DNA from: Octopus bimaculoides
Taxonomy: Eukaryota
Assembly (NCBI RefSeq): GCF_001194135.2
Contig: NC_068989.1
Span: forward strand, 16,914,269 to 16,978,265
Length of the DNA: 63,997 nucleotides
Direction of reading: 5' to 3'
The first letter of the stretch is position 1. The number at the start of each line of letters is the position of its first letter. A program made the position numbers and the translations under genes. Below are positions 25,600-40,200 of the stretch, piece after piece. The notes under the pieces were generated by a model that was not told the DNA's origin, ran no database searches, and saw only the letters and a list, made by a program, of their open reading frames with translations.

Positions 25600-27200
25600 T
25601 GCCTTTTTTGTGATTTTTTCATCTATTCACTTTCATATTTTCTTACTACAGGTTGATACTGTTAGATGACAGGGTATTTTCCTCATCTATTTGTTATGCT
25701 GGGCTAAAAGATATTTGCTTTGCTATTCCCAGAATTTTGAATGGTGGTGCTTTGGAAACTGGGGTTTGTAGTTCTTTTGTTGTTGAGTTTCGTTATTTTC
25801 ATTTTTTGTGTGTTTTTGTTTATTCCTCCCTATTCTTTGGGACATTCAGCTCTAATGTGTGTTTTACACTGAGAAATATAGCAACTGTGTTTTCTTAACT
25901 ATATCATTAATCTTGTTGCCTTCTATTAGGCACAATTTCTGTATATCCCTGTGGCCTTCTGGGATCATTACAATGTACAAGTTCATTTTGACATCCACTG
26001 ACCACAGGGTATTGGATTACCTTTCATCATCTTTAGATAAGTCTGCATTGATCATTCTCCTATACAGCTACACAAAAGTCACTACTAACTATGGGTCATA
26101 TCTAATATCTCTTATTGTCACTCTCATGTCAGATTGACTCATGTACTGTAGCACAAATGTATAGTCAAAGATATATATGACAATTTTAGCCAGTGTTTTA
26201 GCTGCATTTTCAGTTTTAAAGGTACAACAAATAGTGCCATAACTTCTGCTTTCTCAATCAAGATAGCTTCTCCCAATATGTCTTTGGGGGACTGTTGTAC
26301 TAATTGATATGTGGAGAATTTTCATCTGCTTGTGTCTTTTCATAAGTAGTAATATATAATTTTCTCTCTTTGCCTCTCCTGGATTATATCATGTGGCGAA
26401 AAAGGCTGTTTTGTTTTACAAAACTCCTCCATTTACATATTTTTTTTGTAATTGTGATGTAAACATTTTGTCTACTCATTTAGTGTTGAGAGAAAATTTG
26501 TTTCCACACAGCTGCAATATGAATGGACTATAATGTTTGAATTTGTTTAAGAGTTGCCAATGTTGTTGTTACTGTTGCTACGTTCCAAATAACTTATTTG
26601 AGTAATTGGGACATTTTTTTCATTCTTTGCGCTACTGTACATTTTTTCTTGCTTTTGTACACTTACTTGTATGTTTTGATTTTGTGTTGCTTTTTTTGTC
26701 ATGTGACATAACTATGTATGGTAGCCGTTTTGGATTTGAAAATGTAATGTATGTAAATAAAATTCTAAAAGTTTGTGAGGAAATGCTCTTTTCTTTCTGA
26801 GATCACAATGCACTGCAGAAGACTGGAAGATTTTAAGAATTGGTAAGTGTGTGCAAAGTGGGTACCTTGGTAGTTGACTCTTGATTTGGAGAAGAGAAGA
26901 GTGGAAGCCTGCTTTGATCTACTGGAAACATTTGAAACCAACACAGGGGACTAAACATAATCCCATACATGGCTAGCCAACTTAGCAGCCTTATTTTTAT
27001 GAATGTGTCAGGAAGAAGACTGGTGGTTTGCATAACAACTTTTAAAATTGCCTTGGCATAAACCTGTGTAATTTTTCTTCTCAATTATGTATCAATTAAG
27101 CTCTTTTGTTGCTTTTTGCAGCCTTTTCAATGATTTTTCTCTTAGCAACTGGTTTAAAAAATTTTCCTCAGATTTCTTGGTTTTCAACAACAGAGATTGC
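25600..27200 (-). mobile_element. Heavily decayed non-LTR ORF1-like sequence
   Basis: A-rich minus strand; degenerate zinc knuckle CYISQCKTHIRAECPK at about 25833-25882; GTICCTFKTENAAKTLAK upstream; many stops. Confidence 0.35.
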
Positions 27201-27806
27201 AACTTTTCACAAAAAGCACTCTTTCAAAATTTTAATTCCTACCCAAACTCAATTTCTTCATTTTTAAAATTTTATTTATTTATTTATTTATTTTTTGAAA
27301 TCCTCATGATAAAATACAGAAATTATGATTCTGAAAATAATTTTTTTTTAAATTTCAGTTTTTTAAAATTTCCCACAATCTTGGCTTTCTGAACATCCAC
27401 CCACTCCTCTTCATAACCATCCCAATATTCCAGATGTCTTTAAGAAATCATAGCTGTAGATGTCTACATGGTAATTTATGTGGACATAAGACTCATGCAC
27501 AGAGGTGCATGTACACATAAACATACATATTTATAAATACTAACAGACTTATTTAAAGAACTTGTACTAATGTAAACAATGAAACAGTAATGCTGGGAGC
27601 TGGCAGAGAAAGAGACACAGTCTGATATAAATGGAAGATTTTACAATGAAAATTAGTGTATTGCTTCACTTAATGGAAAAACAAGACACTGTGACATATA
27701 TAAATAGATAGGTAGTGTTCTCACTATATTAATTAACAAGTTCTGATTAGAAACATGGGAATTTCAAGTGCAGGTCTGTGAAAACAACACAATACAAACT
27801 TTATAA

Positions 27807-27857
<51 letters not shown>

Positions 27858-28358
27858 TTTTCTGTTTTGGTAGTGTGTGTGTTTCCATTTCTTTCAACAT
27901 ATAGACAATACAACACAGACTTTCAAAAAAGACTTTCACTTTGAGCAATTTGTGAAGGTACGTGCATGACTAGCAAAAGTTTTTACTAGCGGCGAGAAAG
28001 AGAGAGAGAGAGAGACAGACAGACAGAGACAGACAGACTGACAAATAGGTTGACAAATCTTTCAAAAGAAACAGCTTATTGGGAAAAAAATAAGAATCTC
28101 TATTTTTTCCATCTGTTCTGTTTGTCTGTCTCCCTCTTTGTCTTTCTTTATATAATGACACAGGTATGTACTCACACACACAGGCATATTCTAACAACAG
28201 GACAATATTAAATGACTCTCTCTCAGCATGTATGAATGTATGTATAGAAAGATATAAATTTCTCAGTATGATCGTTAAAGGCATTTAATTAAATTATAAA
28301 GCTGACACTTTCAAAAATAAGAAATTCTTATTTTCAGTAGTTGTATCTTAATAAGAGT

Positions 28359-28650
28359 GAAGGTACATGGCTCAGTCGTTAGAGAGTCAGGCTCATGATT
28401 CCCAGACTGGGCTGTGTACTGTGTTCTTGAGCAAGACATTTTATTTCACATTGCTCCAGTTCACACAGCTGTAGAAATGAGTTGCGACATCACTGGTTGC
28501 CTTTCCCCTGGATAACATTGGTGGTGTGGAGAGGAGAGGCTGGTATGCATGGGCGACTGTTGGTCTTCCATAAACAACCTTGCCCGGACTTGTGCCTCGG
28601 AGGGTATCTTTTTAGGTGCAATCCCATGGTCATTCATGATTGAAGGGGTT
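28359..28650 (+). repeat. tRNA-derived SINE family E
   Basis: TGGCTCAGT A box and GTTCTTGAGCAAGAC...TTGCTCCAGT block; second copy at about 35768-35950. Confidence 0.7.
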
Positions 28651-29394
28651 TTTTACCCTACCATTTACCTTCATAAGTTAACTTAATTTTTTTAATGATC
28701 CTGTTGAGAAATATTCACTTGTGTACAAACATACGCACATACATACATACATGCATACAACCATACAGTCAGATAATATTGCTGTCGCATATGTATACAT
28801 GTACCTGTGTGTGTGTAAACACGTCATACATACAAATAGAAAGAGAGAGGGGGAGAGAGGGAGAAAGAGATAAACAGAAAGATGCTGGCAAAATAGAGAT
28901 AGATATTTTTGTTCTAATGTCTTTAGTGATAGTGTTGAGAGATATAGGTATGTGTCTGCATAAATTCATATATACATTCATACAAAGTGAGGGAGAGAGA
29001 CCAAGAGAGAGAAAACAGAGTGAGAGAGAGAGATGGAGAAAGAGAGAGAGAGAAAGAGCAAGAGAGTGGGGGAGTTGTGAACTAAACCAGAAGTTATGTT
29101 ACGGACAGAGTTCGCAAAAATTATAATAATAATTACTTTTTACCTTTGTATATATCTATATAGAACTTCATACACATGCTTTCGAGTTTATGCACTGTAC
29201 TGAAGAACTGAGCCCCACTTCCATCAATACGTTATTAGATCATATTAATGGGCCGTTAAGCCTTCTGAGTCCTGGTGCTGCAGTTCCTGTAGCACCCACT
29301 TTAAGATAGTACTCAGCATGGCATATAGTATCTCTTAGTAATCTAAAACTTGTGGAGTCCATCCTTTTCCAGGTGTAACAGCAGTCAATTTTTT

Positions 29395-29439
<45 letters not shown>

Positions 29440-29934
29440 GATATATGATGGTATCAAAAATATGTAAAATCTAAGGAATGTAAGTTCAATACATGGTTTG
29501 CATAAATAATGGAAACTGATTTAACCAAAGATTCAAAAGTTGATGACTCGGGGGAAAACATGAATTCATAAATTCCTAGTAATGATATTTAACATGAAGT
29601 TAGTATCAGTATAATAAATCATTTTATTATTGATATATTCATCATGAAACTAAGCATAAAAAATGTAAATTTATTTTATTTCTTTCTGTTACATTATATA
29701 TTCTGACTTCAAATTCCATCAGAGTCAATTTTGTATTTCATCTTTCTAGGGTTGATAAACTAAGTTCACATCATTCATTGATGTTGGCGAATACCATGGA
29801 ACAGAAGCTAAATTTCTCAGAAACTGAATTTCCATTCTTTGTTCTCACTATTTCTCTTATCATTTTATATAATTAATTGCAGTAAAAAATAAATGTTGTC
29901 TTGTTGTATGAGTATATTTCTGTGTTTGGTCTTG

Positions 29935-32900
29935 TTATTTCCTGTGGTGTTTATTCATTTTTAATGACTTTTTCTTATCTTCATGATAGCCGGCATTCCC
30001 CAGTTTATTTTTCACCATCTGTTCAGAGTGTTTCAGCTTTTCATTAACTGACAATTTTATTTCCCTGATTTTTTCTTGTAACACTTCTGTGATAATCTTT
30101 CTCAAGTATTTCTTAGCTTCCTCTGCAATATGTGAGAGAAATTAAATGATGAAACAGTAAGAAAAGAAATAATTAATTAGTTAACTATGAGAGGTTATTG
30201 TGGGTACGGTGAACAATGTATGAAATTTCCTACAGGTATTTAAACTGATATCAGCTGTATCAATTTGTCTAGTTTCAGAGTTTATGGGAGCACTGCCCCT
30301 CCATCTTGGCAAAAACATAATAGTTAAAAGATACCACATTCAATAATTAGATGCTCAAATGACCTTAGTATTCTGACCAGTATGACATAATAAGTGGTTA
30401 AGTAATCTTAGTATTCTGACCAATAAAACAGTCAATAAATTGTCAAACATTCTCAGTATTGTGACTAATAAATCACAGACAAAATAAGTAAGAAATTCTT
30501 CTATTGATACAAGGCCTTGTGTTTAAATTCAATTACTCCCAGTAAATCTAGTTAATTTCAGTACATAGCTAGTACAGAGGTGAGATGGTTGAGTGAATGA
30601 ACTATTGGCTTATCTATTCTTGCTCATAGATGAGGAGTTCAAATCCAAGTTGCTGTTTCATGTGCAGAACATTCCTTCAGAGTATTTGGCTGATAGAAGA
30701 AATAGATAAGATATCAACTAGGAGTGTTACCTAAAATAGGCTGCCATCCTATCCAGGTGGATGGATATCGCTGAAGCACAATAATGCCATAAAGTCACAG
30801 CTGAGTTGCTTTATTCCTGTTTCCTAGGAAATCTATATACACAGTACATAGCATTATTAACTTTTCTGTTTTACACTGTATAATATAAACAAAACATCAT
30901 AGTTTTTAATTTACTCGGTCTGAAGGAAGAACAGTGCCCATAACCTTTGGAAGCTTTCACAGACTGTGAGACCAATGTTATTAATGGTCAATACAGAAGC
31001 TCGCTTGTTAACTTATAGTAAAAGTATTAATACCAGAGTCAGTTTTCTAACTATATACTAACATGGTAGAAGATAAAAATATAATTTCTAATGCAAACAC
31101 AAAGGGAATGTATGGTGTTTATGCCTTTTCCAAAACCATTACTACCAAAGGAAAAAAAAACAATTTCAAACTGGAAGCAAATCCAGATGGCAGATTCAGT
31201 TCAGCAAAAACTTTCCACAACATTACTGTCTTTTTAAGAGCAGCACATTGAAGACTGGTAGGGAAACTGTGCAAGAATCTGTTACATATGTCATATGCAA
31301 CAATCCATACACACTCTGAAAATTTACACCTGAATGTTAACCTTTTAGAGTGTGTAGTTACATTATGTTTATATATGCTATGTTAGCAGTGGCTTAGTGG
31401 ATATGAACATTACTATCCTTAGTTTAGAAATAAAAAATTTCTACTTCAAAACTAGTTTGGGACACTGAACATATCTCAGGATTATCAAGACACTTGACTG
31501 GAGATTAAACTAATCAAAATACTGTGTAGATATAATTATTGTAAATATACAGTGTAAATATGAGGTTAATAATCTGGAAAATTATCTTCTGAATCTACTT
31601 AAAGGGTTGTTAACAAACCTTTTTCAGAAATCCTGGCCGGCTCATTTTCTTTGTCAATATTTTCATCTGTTGCTTGGGAACCTCTATTTTCAGATATCTG
31701 ATGATCAACTTTGAAATTAAAAAAAAAAAAGAATACATATTGAAGTTTTTGATGTTATTAGAATTTATAAACTTCAAGATAACATGAAATAACTCATATT
31801 AGAGCAGTGAAAATCAAAGCAGAGAAATCTATGAATAGTAGTGTGTGAATACTGGATTAAAAAAAAAAAAAAAAGAACATTTGGATAGGAAAAGTCAAAG
31901 ACAGCCTTTGACCTTTTATTATACAAAGGATTTTTTAACCCAATATTTATACACTATTATTTATAGCTTTAGCTGCTTCAAGTTTCACGATTGAAGTATT
32001 GGTGGAATTCTGCTTTAGACAAAGCATATAACCCCTCATAACTTTTTGATTTTTTTGGAATTTTTGGAAAATTTTTGCAAATTTGTCTTCAGCATGTGAG
32101 AAATCATACAATTATGCAAAAAAAAAAAAAAAATTATTTTGATTTTTTTCTAAATTAAAAAAAAAAGAATTAAAAAAATTTTTCAAACATTTCTTTAAAA
32201 TCACAGTTTAAAATATGGGCAGTCTGAATTTTTGGCTAAATCCCAGAAATAAACCATTAAATGTCTTTATGGAGAAAAAGCTATTGTAAAACATCAATAC
32301 GCCAGAGTATCAAACTAACAGTATGAGGCAGTTGTGAGATATGCTAAAAATAACAGCTGAATACTCCTTAAATCACAAAAAATTTTCTGAAAATTCCTGT
32401 GTGTAAAGCAGTATTCTACTGAAGTATTTTCCAAAATGAATTTTTTGGGGAAGCAGTGCCTTTATATCTATTTCACACCTATTTTCTCCAAAGATATGCT
32501 TTACAAACAAATATTATTTAACCTTAACCTAACCTCATTTTAGCTTTCAAACTATTTATGCTTGCTTTTGCTTCTTATAACCTAGCATCATCGTTATGCG
32601 CCAGAAGATATAACTTAACATTGTAGATGTTATCATAATAATAATATTATTACTGGCTTACATAATCATAAAATAATGAAATGTGAAATTTCTGAGCATG
32701 TGTAGCACCTTCGGCAAATGTCTTCTACTATAGTCTCATGCTAATCAAAGCCTTGTGAGGGAATTTGGCAGATGGAAACTGAAAGAAGCCCATCGTACAT
32801 ATTTGGGTCATCCCATAAATAATGCATTTTTTATACTTCTTTTATTTTTCAAAATTAAAATAAACAAAGTTCTTTCTTAATCTAAAATATACTCTCCATC

Positions 32901-35900
32901 ATATAGAGACTTGTTCACAATCTTTTGATTTTATTGATAAAACTCTTTTTATCATTTTATTGAAAAAAAAACTAATAAAAAAAATTAAATAAAAACAAAC
33001 TAGAATTTGAGGAAATTAACAAAGTTTGTATTGACAAAATCAAAATCAACAGAATTTACAAAAGAACATGAATCTGTGTTGTGTGAGGAGAGTTCTGAGA
33101 TTTCTGCTAGAGTCACTGAATAAAGAAAAAATATGTATGAGTTCTATCAATTTGTTTGTTAACTATAAAGCAGTATAAAGGTTGTATGATATGTGTAAAT
33201 GAACAAATTTTAAGAATCAGCCAATACATATAAATACAGTGTAAACATAAACAATTATCAAGCTACTACTTACCTTGGTTTGTTATGGATTCAGGTTCTC
33301 CAATGTAGACTAAAGCTAAATCAAGCTGCACCTGGTATTGGTAAAATGATTAATGGTTTATGTTATAAATATATTCACAATGTGATCATCATCATCATCA
33401 TCATCATCATCGTTTAACGTCAGCTTTCCATGCTAGCATGCGCTGGACGATTTGACTGAGGACTGGTGAACCAGTGATTCGGCAGAGTTTCTACAGCTGG
33501 ATGCCCTTCCTAACACTAACCACTCAGAGAGTGTAGTGGGTGCTTTTACGTGTCACCCGCATGAAGGCCAGTCAGGCGGTACTGGCAATGGCCACGCTCA
33601 AAATGGTGTATTTTATGTGCCACCCGCACAAGAGCCAGTCCAGGGGCACTGGCAACGATCTCGCTCGAAAGTCCTTACACATGCCGCGGGCATAGAAATG
33701 TACAAATTAAACCGTCTGTCAGTATGACTGCATGCAAGTATGTATGTGTGTATGTATGTATGTATGTATGTATGTATGTATGCATGTATGTAGGTATGCA
33801 TGTACGTACATATGTATGTATGTGTATCGGAGTGATCAAAATATCAGAATACCAAAAGCTTGAAAGACTGAATATTCAGAATGCTAAATTTTAAAATATT
33901 TTAGACATAAATATGAAAATCAGCATTAAAAAGCAATTATTTACAGTTTTAAAATATTATATATTTAAGAAACATTGTAGCAGATTCATTATTTTTTTTA
34001 TTATGCGACATAAAAATAACTATTTTAGAATATAACAAAATGTTTTAAAAACTGTTTATTTGAGAAACAGAAAATATTAGTTTTTTTTAATGCTACATCA
34101 GTACAATTATTTTATGGGAAAACAAGAGGTAAAATGGTTTTTAGAAACATTTCTTTACAGTTTTAACATGGAATTTTAGAAACATTTTATAACATCTACT
34201 GCTTTTATTATGCTATGTCAAAATATATAATAAAAGTGTATTGTAGGGATCCAATATCACAGCTATAAGTGAAAACTTCAATAGTTTATTTATAGAATAT
34301 TTCCTTTTTTAAATTTTCTTATTAAATATTTTCCTTTTTCTTTTCATAACCTTTGGAATGTGAAGTACTTCTCATGACTTCAGGTCAGCGAGATAGTTGT
34401 GACTTGTAAACAAATTCTTAATACCTCTTTTCAAATATTGTATAACATCTCTTACGCACTCCCTTTGTATCTTGTAAATGTGTTTTTTTCATGCTTCACA
34501 TTATCCTTTCTTTTTGGTAACCCCTAGTAAAACTTCCATATTTTTTGTAACTCTTAGATCTCTTGTGGTTAATAAAGAAAAGATTATTACTACTGTTTTT
34601 ATCATTATATGGTAGGAAGCATATTTAATGGACTTAGCATTTAATGAGAAAGATTAAATATGGATAATGAAATAGACTTACCTGTGGAGTGAATGCATAC
34701 TTGTAGAGTTTGAAGTGTCTAAAATATGTGTTAATCATATGGAAAGATATCTTCCTTACTTCACCCAGTGTAAACAATTCAGTACTAAATGGTGGACACT
34801 AAAATATGAACAAATAAATGTGTCATGGCCAGTTGTTGTTTAGCAAACCAATAATCAGATGCATTCTAGCTATGATGACTGATTATTATTCAGGGCATTT
34901 AGGGGTACATTACACTGTGTAATACGATTTTTGTCTTTGGAGATCAACTGTTATTTCCTATTTGCTTACCCCTAGAAAGTATGCAAAAAAGGACTAATAT
35001 TTCCTCCAAACTTTGCTTTTCTTACATTTATTCAAACCCCAAAGAATCCCTCTCAAGACATGGCTATGATGCTCCCCTACTACTCCTGTTCATGATCAGA
35101 GATGCACATATTATCAGCCACTAAAGGACATGCTCAAGTGGTTATGGTCAAGCAAATGACAAGCAAATCTGTGGTATTGAGCAGAATATTTACTATAATG
35201 ATATTTCTGCTTCAGCAGCGCAGCACTGAATCTGCCTGAAGTGTAATGGAATATAGGTCAGTTTCAAAACATTGATGTTCAGGACACAAAAGCAAGGGAG
35301 TAGTAGTCATTTCCTTTGATTTCTAGATAGAAGCAAATAGGAAATAACACTTACTGACCAAAAACAAAAACAATAAAAAATTTTGTTATACAGTGTTATC
35401 CAATGTGTTCGGTCTTCTTTAAAATGGTAAGGGAAGTCTTTATAGTGTCACAAAAATTACTAGAAATAGTTGCCAAATATTCCCCCGATTCCATACTACC
35501 ATCTTAGAAAATGGATACATTGGAAAAATTGCCATAGAAACACTACATCTAAATAACTGGAACATCTTTGGTTATATCAATGGATCAATGTTTACATGAG
35601 TTTAAACAACAACTACAACAATTGTACGAATTACTCAGTATCACGACTAAATTGTAACAGAACAGCTGTCAACATGTTGAAACATCAACCTTATCTAGTT
35701 GGCCCTATTTTCCAGCTTAGAAATAAGGGGGAATTTTCCTCATCCTTTGACTAAATTATAATCACTGTGAAGGTGCATGGCTCAGTGGTTAGAACATCAG
35801 ACTTGCAATCATGAGGCAGTGAGTTTGCTTCCTGGACTGGACTGTGTGTTGTGTTCTTGAGCACGTCACTCTATTTTGCGTTGCTCCAATTCACTCAGCT

Positions 35901-37253
35901 GTAGAAATGAGTTGCGACATTTACTGGTGCCAAGATGTATCAGTGTTTGCTTTTTATCCTTTTTAATCACTGAAAGTGACATGATGACTAGTGTTGGAGT
36001 CAATATGAAGTAAATATAAGATTCCTACATACACATACATCCACTAAGATATATACACATAAATACATAGAAGTGTTAATACATACATATTTACTATATA
36101 TATATATATATATATNNNNNNNNNNNNNNNNNNNNNNNNNNNNNNNNNNNNNNNNNNNNNNNNNNNNNNNNNNNNNNNNNNNNNNNNNNNNNNNNNNNNN
36201 NNNNNNNNNNNNNNNNNNNNNNNNNNNNNNNNNNNNNNNNNNNNNNNNNNNNNNNNNNNNNNNNNNNNNNNNNNNNNNNNNNNNNNNNNNNNNNNNNNNN
36301 NNNNNNNNNNNNNNNNNNNNNNNNNNNNNNNNNNNNNNNNNNNNNNNNNNNNNNNNNNNNNNNNNNNNNNNNNNNNNNNNNNNNNNNNNNNNNNNNNNNN
36401 NNNNNNNNNNNNNNNNNNNNNNNNNNNNNNNNNNNNNNNNNNNNNNNNNNNNNNNNNNNNNNNNNNNNNNNNNNNNNNNNNNNNNNNNNNNNNNNNNNNN
36501 NNNNNNNNNNNNNNNNNNNNNNNNNNNNNNNNNNNNNNNNNNNNNNNNNNNNNNNNNNNNNNNNNNNNNNNNNNNNNNNNNNNNNNNNNNNNNNNNNNNN
36601 NNNNNNNNNNNNNNNNNNNNNNNNNNNNNNNNNNNNNNNNNNNNNNNNNNNNNNNNNNNNNNNNNNNNNNNNNNNNNNNNNNNNNNNNNNNNNNNNNNNN
36701 NNNNNNNNNNNNNNNNNNNNNNNNNNNNNNNNNNNNNNNNNNNNNNNNNNNNNNNNNNNNNNNNNNNNNNNNNNNNNNNNNNNNNNNNNNNNNNNNNNNN
36801 NNNNNNNNNNNNNNNNNNNNNNNNNNNNNNNNNNNNNNNNNNNNNNNNNNNNNNNNNNNNNNNNNNNNNNNNNNNNNNNNNNNNNNNNNNNNNNNNNNNN
36901 NNNNNNNNNNNNNNNNNNNNNNNNNNNNNNNNNNNNNNNNNNNNNNNNNNNNNNNNNNNNNNNNNNNNNNNNNNNNNNNNNNNNNNNNNNNNNNNNNNNN
37001 NNNNNNNNNNNNNNNNNNNNNNNNNNNNNNCTTGTGTGGGTGGCATATAAAAGACACCATTTCGAGCGTGGCCGTTTTCGTGCGGGTGACACGTAAAAGC
37101 ACCCACTACACCCTCTGAGTGGTTGGCGTTAGGAAGGGCATCCAGCTGTAGAAACTCTGCCAAATTAGATTGGAGCCTGGTGTAGCCATCTGGTTGCACC
37201 AGTCCTCAGTCAAATCGTCCAACCCATGCTAGCATGGAAAGCGGACGTTAAAC

Positions 37254-37284
<31 letters not shown>

Positions 37285-40200
37285 TATGTATGTATAAATA
37301 TATATATATATATGTACAAGGTCTGATCAATAAGTATCCGGACTGCTGCCATAGTAACAAACCTAAAGTACACACAATGAAACTACTTGGCACAGATTAA
37401 CCTTGACCTCGGCTGTGCATGCACACTAAGTTTTAACATTCTAGCTCACTTCTGCTATTTACAGCAGTGTTTTGAAATAGCGTCTGTAGCGTGTGTTTGT
37501 CGTATTGACCATGACAGCGAGTTGAGCTGAGAATCTTCATTAAATTTTACCAAAAGCTTGGCCATACCTGCTTCGAGGCCTACGCAAAGTTGCAGAAAAT
37601 GTATGAGTCACACCCTAGTGTACAAGTGGTTCAGACATTTCCAAGATAGCTGAAAAAATATCAATAGTGACGAATGTTCTGGGACACCCGCAGTCAGCAG
37701 AACTGAGAAAGACATCACAGATGTGCTTGCACCTGTGAGGGGAAATCACTGAGCCACCATCTGTGAGTTATCAGAGGATCTGCAGTTATCAGAAGATATC
37801 TAGAGGCTTCCCAATAAAGAATTTGATTTGAAATGACTCCAACCAACTGTGAAACATGGCGGTATCTTTATAATGGTATGGAGAACTGTCACCAGCAATC
37901 GTCGTTCTGAGCTGATCGAATGTGTTGGACCCATAAACTCTGAAAAATACATCGAAATACTTAAGTAAGGACTAATTCCGATGTATTCACACGATAATAT
38001 AATGAAAAATGAGTTTTTATTCATGGAAGATGGGGCTCCATGCCACACAACGAAAAGGAATCAACAATGGCTGACTGAAAATAGGATCAAAAAGCTTCTT
38101 TGGCCGAGCCAATCTCCTGACATGAACCCAATTGAAAATCTTTGGAGTATACTAGATAGAGCTGTACGAAAAACTCGACAGAAACCTAAATCTAAAGATG
38201 AATTGTTTCAATTGTTGCATAAAAAGTGGACAGAAATTCCACCAGAGACAATCACAAAGCTCATCAGTTCAATGCCAAAAAGAGTTTCTGAATTAAAAAC
38301 TGCAAAGGGAATGTCAACTAAATACTAAAGTATGTAGTCCTATCTATCGATTANNNNNNNNNNNNNNNNNNNNNNNNNNNNNNNNNNNNNNNNNNNNNNN
38401 NNNNNNNNNNNNNNNNNNNNNNNNNNNNNNNNNNNNNNNNNNNNNNNNNNNNNNNNNNNNNNNNNNNNNNNNNNNNNNNNNNNNNNNNNNNNNNNNNNNN
38501 NNNNNNNNNNNNNNNNNNNNNNNNNNNNNNNNNNNNNNNNNNNNNNNNNNNNNNNNNNNTATATATATATATACATACACACACACACACACATATAATA
38601 TTTATATACATATGCCCATGCACATACATGGTTTTCAGGCTAAATTTGGAAATATTTTATATCTCTTTTTTATAAAAACAGTTTGATGCATTGGTAAACA
38701 GTCATTGGTGAGCATAATGATTAAAGTTGTAGAAGAGAAAAGGTTAGCTGATATGGAGAGGTGGAAGCCATTTGAATATTGGAAAGGAGTTATTTGTATC
38801 ATGACGATTCATGTCGAGTATCAAAATGCTGACATCATGACTGCTGCTCAATGTTCTGTGAACAGTGTAAAGGTTGTAAGATGTGACATGGACAGCTGTA
38901 ACAGAGACTATGAAGTCATAGCCAACAGGAAGGAACACAGCAGGTATTCAGACTGAGTCTGCATGCTGGAATTGATCCAACAACTGATGAACAGGGCTTT
39001 AGGCTCAATTCAGATGACTATGTTTAGCTGTTGGGGACTGTGGTCAAACCCTGGCTGGAGAGGGTTGCTGCTGGAAGGCCATATGTGGTAAAATTCAGAA
39101 TCTCTATTGACTTCACTCGCCCCAATTTCTAGTCTCTTAATTCTGCTAATTATAATCCCATGGATTACTATGTGAGGAGTGTGGTTGAGAAAGACACCAA
39201 CTATTCTGCCAGCAACACCAAGGCCAAGCTGGTGGCTAAGATCAAGGAGGTGCTTGAGCATCTCCTCAATGTCACAGTGGGAAATGAATGTGCCAGGTTC
39301 CAGAGCCATCTTGAGGCTGTAGTAGAAGCTGAGGGTAGCTACTTTGAATAAGCTGGTTTTTAATCTATTAAAATTCTTTTATTTTCTGATGGAATATTAC
39401 ATAGGCAGTATATCACATATTAAAGGAACTGTTATAGTCATGTAACATGCAATAGAGAGAATGTCATGTACAGTATGACATGCATTAGTGGGAGTTTCTT
39501 CGACAGGGCAACAAATATTTGAGGTACTGTAACTTACATAGACACTATGACACAAGAGTAGTTCCTTGAAATATGAAAATGTTTCATCCAAGTTAATAAA
39601 AGAGCTTTCTGAAAAGGATAAAATAGATTTTGTATGAAATATAATGTGTTGGCTGAGAAAAAAAGACAGATTTACTTTGGTGTATTGAATAATATATATT
39701 GTTGTTACTAATGTATTACTAATGTTGTTATTATTAGCGGTATTTCGTCTGCCGTTACGTTCTGAGTTCAAATTCCGCCGAGGTTGACTTTGCCTTTCAT
39801 CCTTTCGGGGTCGATAAATTAAGTACCAGTTACGCACTGGGGTCGATGTAATCGACTTAATCCCTTTGTCTGTCCTTGTTTGTCCCCTCTATATTTAGCC
39901 CCTTGTGGGCAATAAAGAAATAAGGTGAGGTGATAATAGATTCTATATTTGGTGAAGAGGAATAGGATAATTCTGTTAAAGATAGAATGATATTTGTGGT
40001 TACATGGGAATTAGAGTCTACTGTTTAAAAGAATGCTTTAGCAAGGTCCTTAATGTTTAAAGCGAATGCAGGTGTATACCAGAGAATAGATCTCCCACCG
40101 CTTTTATTAGGCAAATTTGGTGAGGTGTAATTTCTAGTGTATGTTAGAGGAGATTTGGAAGGTTTGATGTTAGTATTCTTAGATCGAGTGTTATCCAAAT

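Noticed and set aside
39397-39837. 146-aa ORF as a stand-alone gene
   Set aside because: It is SINE sequence read through CFAP119 copy-2 exon 5 and flanking intron
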